From NCBI GenBank assembly GCA_012960135.1, contig DUBW01000040.1, positions 185 to 64,184 of the forward strand: 64,000 bases of DNA, given 5' to 3'. The DNA is from Methyloprofundus sp. (GTDB lineage Bacteria; Pseudomonadota; Gammaproteobacteria; Methylococcales; Methylomonadaceae). Shown here in pieces: positions 62,068 to 64,000 of the stretch. Every line of letters begins with the position of its first letter. Position 1 is the stretch's first letter. The notes beneath the pieces were generated by a model. The model was not told where the DNA came from and did no database searches. It worked only from the letters and a program-made list of their open reading frames with translations. Made by a program: the position numbers and the translations under genes.

Positions 62068-62865
62068 ATGAATCCATTCTTGCTTGAAGGCTTTGCAAGC
62101 TTTTTTTATATTGCCAGTAGCATCACTTTAATTGCCGATATAAAAGAGAACCGCCTAAAAAAACAGGCCTTAATACTTGCCTGGGTAGCTGTACTAGGTC
62201 ATTTTGTAACACTTTCACTAAGCGCCTGGGAAAAACGAGGAATAGATTTTAGCTTTTTTCATACCGCCTCGATTATTTCCTTAATCATCGTTTTTATGCT
62301 GTTGATTACATCCTTTTCCAGACCGGTGGAAAAGCTAGGCATCGCACTTTTCCCTATTGCAGCTCTGATGCTGACATTAGATGTAGCTTACCCGAGCACG
62401 GTAAAAACGACACAAGAGTACTCATTCGCAATGAATACGCATATCCTCAGCTCAATTATTGCCTTTAGCCTGCTGACCATTGCCGCTTTTCAGTCCTTAT
62501 TACTCGCCCTACAAAACCGCCAGCTAAAGAGCCGTAATCCTGGTCGCTTAATGCTTGCCTTCCCCCCCTTACAGGCAATGGAATCCTTACTATTTCAGAT
62601 GATCAGTGCCGGTGTATTCTTCTTAAGCATCTCCTTGCTCAGTGGTTTTATCTTTATTGAAGACCTGTTTGCCCAGCATCTGGTACACAAAACCATCCTG
62701 TCTATAATTGCCTGGGTTATCTTTAGTAGTCTATTAATTGGCCGGAAATGCTATGGATGGCGAGGCAAAAAAGCAATCCGCCTGACGCTATACGGATTCG
62801 TCTCGTTATTACTCGCCTACTTTGGCAGCAAGCTGATGTTAGAACTGATCTTACAAAGAGTTTGA
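62068..62865 (+). CDS. cytochrome c assembly (CcsA-like, YpjD) inner membrane protein
   Basis: HILSSIIAFS, PPLQAME, HKTILS, G.RG..A, AYFGSK. Confidence 0.9.
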   Translation: MNPFLLEGFASFFYIASSITLIADIKENRLKKQALILAWVAVLGHFVTLSLSAWEKRGIDFSFFHTASIISLIIVFMLLITSFSRPVEKLGIALFPIAALMLTLDVAYPSTVKTTQEYSFAMNTHILSSIIAFSLLTIAAFQSLLLALQNRQLKSRNPGRLMLAFPPLQAMESLLFQMISAGVFFLSISLLSGFIFIEDLFAQHLVHKTILSIIAWVIFSSLLIGRKCYGWRGKKAIRLTLYGFVSLLLAYFGSKLMLELILQRV

Positions 62866-62907
62866 ATTGCAGGAAATTAAGCCACCCGAGCAGCCTGATT
62901 ACCCATT

Positions 62908-63072
62908 ACCCTAAAAACATCAGTTGAGCATGAATTTTGTGTGAAATCTGGGTGTGAAGGACAAAAAATAGCTCGAAGAGAATGGCCGTAGCCCTCGTCG
63001 ATAGATATTCTGCAGGATTTCGCGTTCAAACTTATGGCTCTACAACATTCAATCTAGCAACTTGATGAAAAA
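62908..63072. repeat. degenerate ~165-bp palindromic element related to 14403-14567
   Basis: ACCCTAAAAACATCAGTTG resembles AACCTAGAAAAATCAGTTG; internal imperfect IR. Confidence 0.45.
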
Positions 63073-63516
63073 GACAGATTATTTCTCGATCGATACTTTT
63101 TTAGAAACTGAGGCAGATCTCATTCTGCCAATAGAATTAAACTATTTCAGTTTGGGGTGGGCGCTTGTTTTTAGCTTAATCCTACCAGCAATTGCTGTCT
63201 AATTTTATTGTTCATTGAGCAGTAATAAGGTTGATAAACTTTATCAACCTCTAACGAAGTTTTATTGACGCCCTAGAAGGTGATAAATAATTTTTACATA
63301 GTCTGCTAGATTAGCGACTTTATTACGTCATCAATAGTGCTGTCACTCCTAGTAAGACTTAGCATCATTTAAAAATAAAAATTTTATAGTTGAAAGTCGC
63401 ACTGACCCTAGTTATTTTCCCGATCAGACCGGAGCCTTCTAAATGTGTTCCTGAATTTCTCAGGAGAGGGTTCTAGATGTGTTCGCACAGACGAGTTTTT
63501 AAGCGAGCTGCATCGG

Positions 63517-64000
63517 TTAAAGGCCACCTAAAAACGTCATATCCCCGCCGCCTTTCTTACTTACAAAATAAGACACATCAACCAACTTGCCCTTATAAGC
63601 TCCAACAATAAGTGAACGAATTCGGTAGGGCGTACCAGTCGCACCACCTTGCGCACTCACAGTCCACGAGGTCGATCGATTAGCATGGTAGTGATACCCA
63701 AGCAAATTGTGCTTGTGGCCGCCCCAAGCGTCTAGTGCAGCGCTATAGCCTTCGAATGCGGAGTCTACGCTGCGATATACCCCAAACAATGCAATGCCAT
63801 CGTAGCCGTCAGCGTGACAGTGGGGTCCGCCGCCTTGACCTACGTGGCAGCCGTTGGCCGAGAGATCTGCGGCCTCTTGCGAGGGAATCAACACGTTGTT
63901 GTATACGGGGAACATCACCGCGCCGTTAATCATGATGCCGTTGTCGTTGGTACTCGCGTAGTTGTAGATGTCTCGCGGACCTTTGTTGCTTGCCACGTCG
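63517..64000 (-). CDS. 5'-partial YHYH-domain protein, GC-rich
   Basis: PHCHADG..DGIALFG..LDAWGGH...GYHYHA; frame stays open past the window edge. Confidence 0.7.
   Translation of the reverse strand, partial: DVASNKGPRDIYNYASTNDNGIMINGAVMFPVYNNVLIPSQEAADLSANGCHVGQGGGPHCHADGYDGIALFGVYRSVDSAFEGYSAALDAWGGHKHNLLGYHYHANRSTSWTVSAQGGATGTPYRIRSLIVGAYKGKLVDVSYFVSKKGGGDMTFLGGL

Noticed and set aside
63065-63202. 45-aa ORF with a hydrophobic tail
   Set aside because: It starts inside a degenerate repeat and has no clear RBS or recognisable family.
63233-63247. FNR box within the 63228-63250 palindrome
   Set aside because: The spacing is TTGAT-N7-ATCAA, not N4.

Overview
About 64 kb of an AT-rich (roughly 40% GC by eye) gammaproteobacterial chromosome. 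A Methylococcales (Methyloprofundus-like) origin is an inference from the protein families seen, not a result. Most of the window is housekeeping: hemN, prfC, rnhA, lexA, recQ, gshA, cysH, ylqF, the carA-carB-greA / yhbY / rlmE-ftsH-glmM-tpiA-secG-tRNA-Leu cluster, nadC, ampD, skp-fabZ-lpxA-rnhB-dnaE and dtd. There is a complete nitrate/nitrite assimilation locus (nirB, nirD, PhzF-like gene, nasC-like, nasA, narK, PP2C/Ser-Thr kinase) with NtrC-like sites and sigma54-like promoters. Mobile debris includes the end of an element integrated at tRNA-Ser, IS30, IS3, IS66 and IS91-type-integrase remnants, MITEs, REP doublets and several pseudogenes. Best leads: (1) a ~300-nt non-coding element in three copies (18278-18576, 44687-44999, 49206-49509) with compensatory stem changes, two copies bracketing narK and the kinase gene; (2) a lexA with an Alphaproteobacteria-type GTTC-N7-GTTC operator, followed by an unannotated 49-aa membrane protein; (3) a lipid A operon lacking both lpxD and lpxB at their usual positions. 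No CRISPR array or rRNA was seen. All alignments were done by eye.
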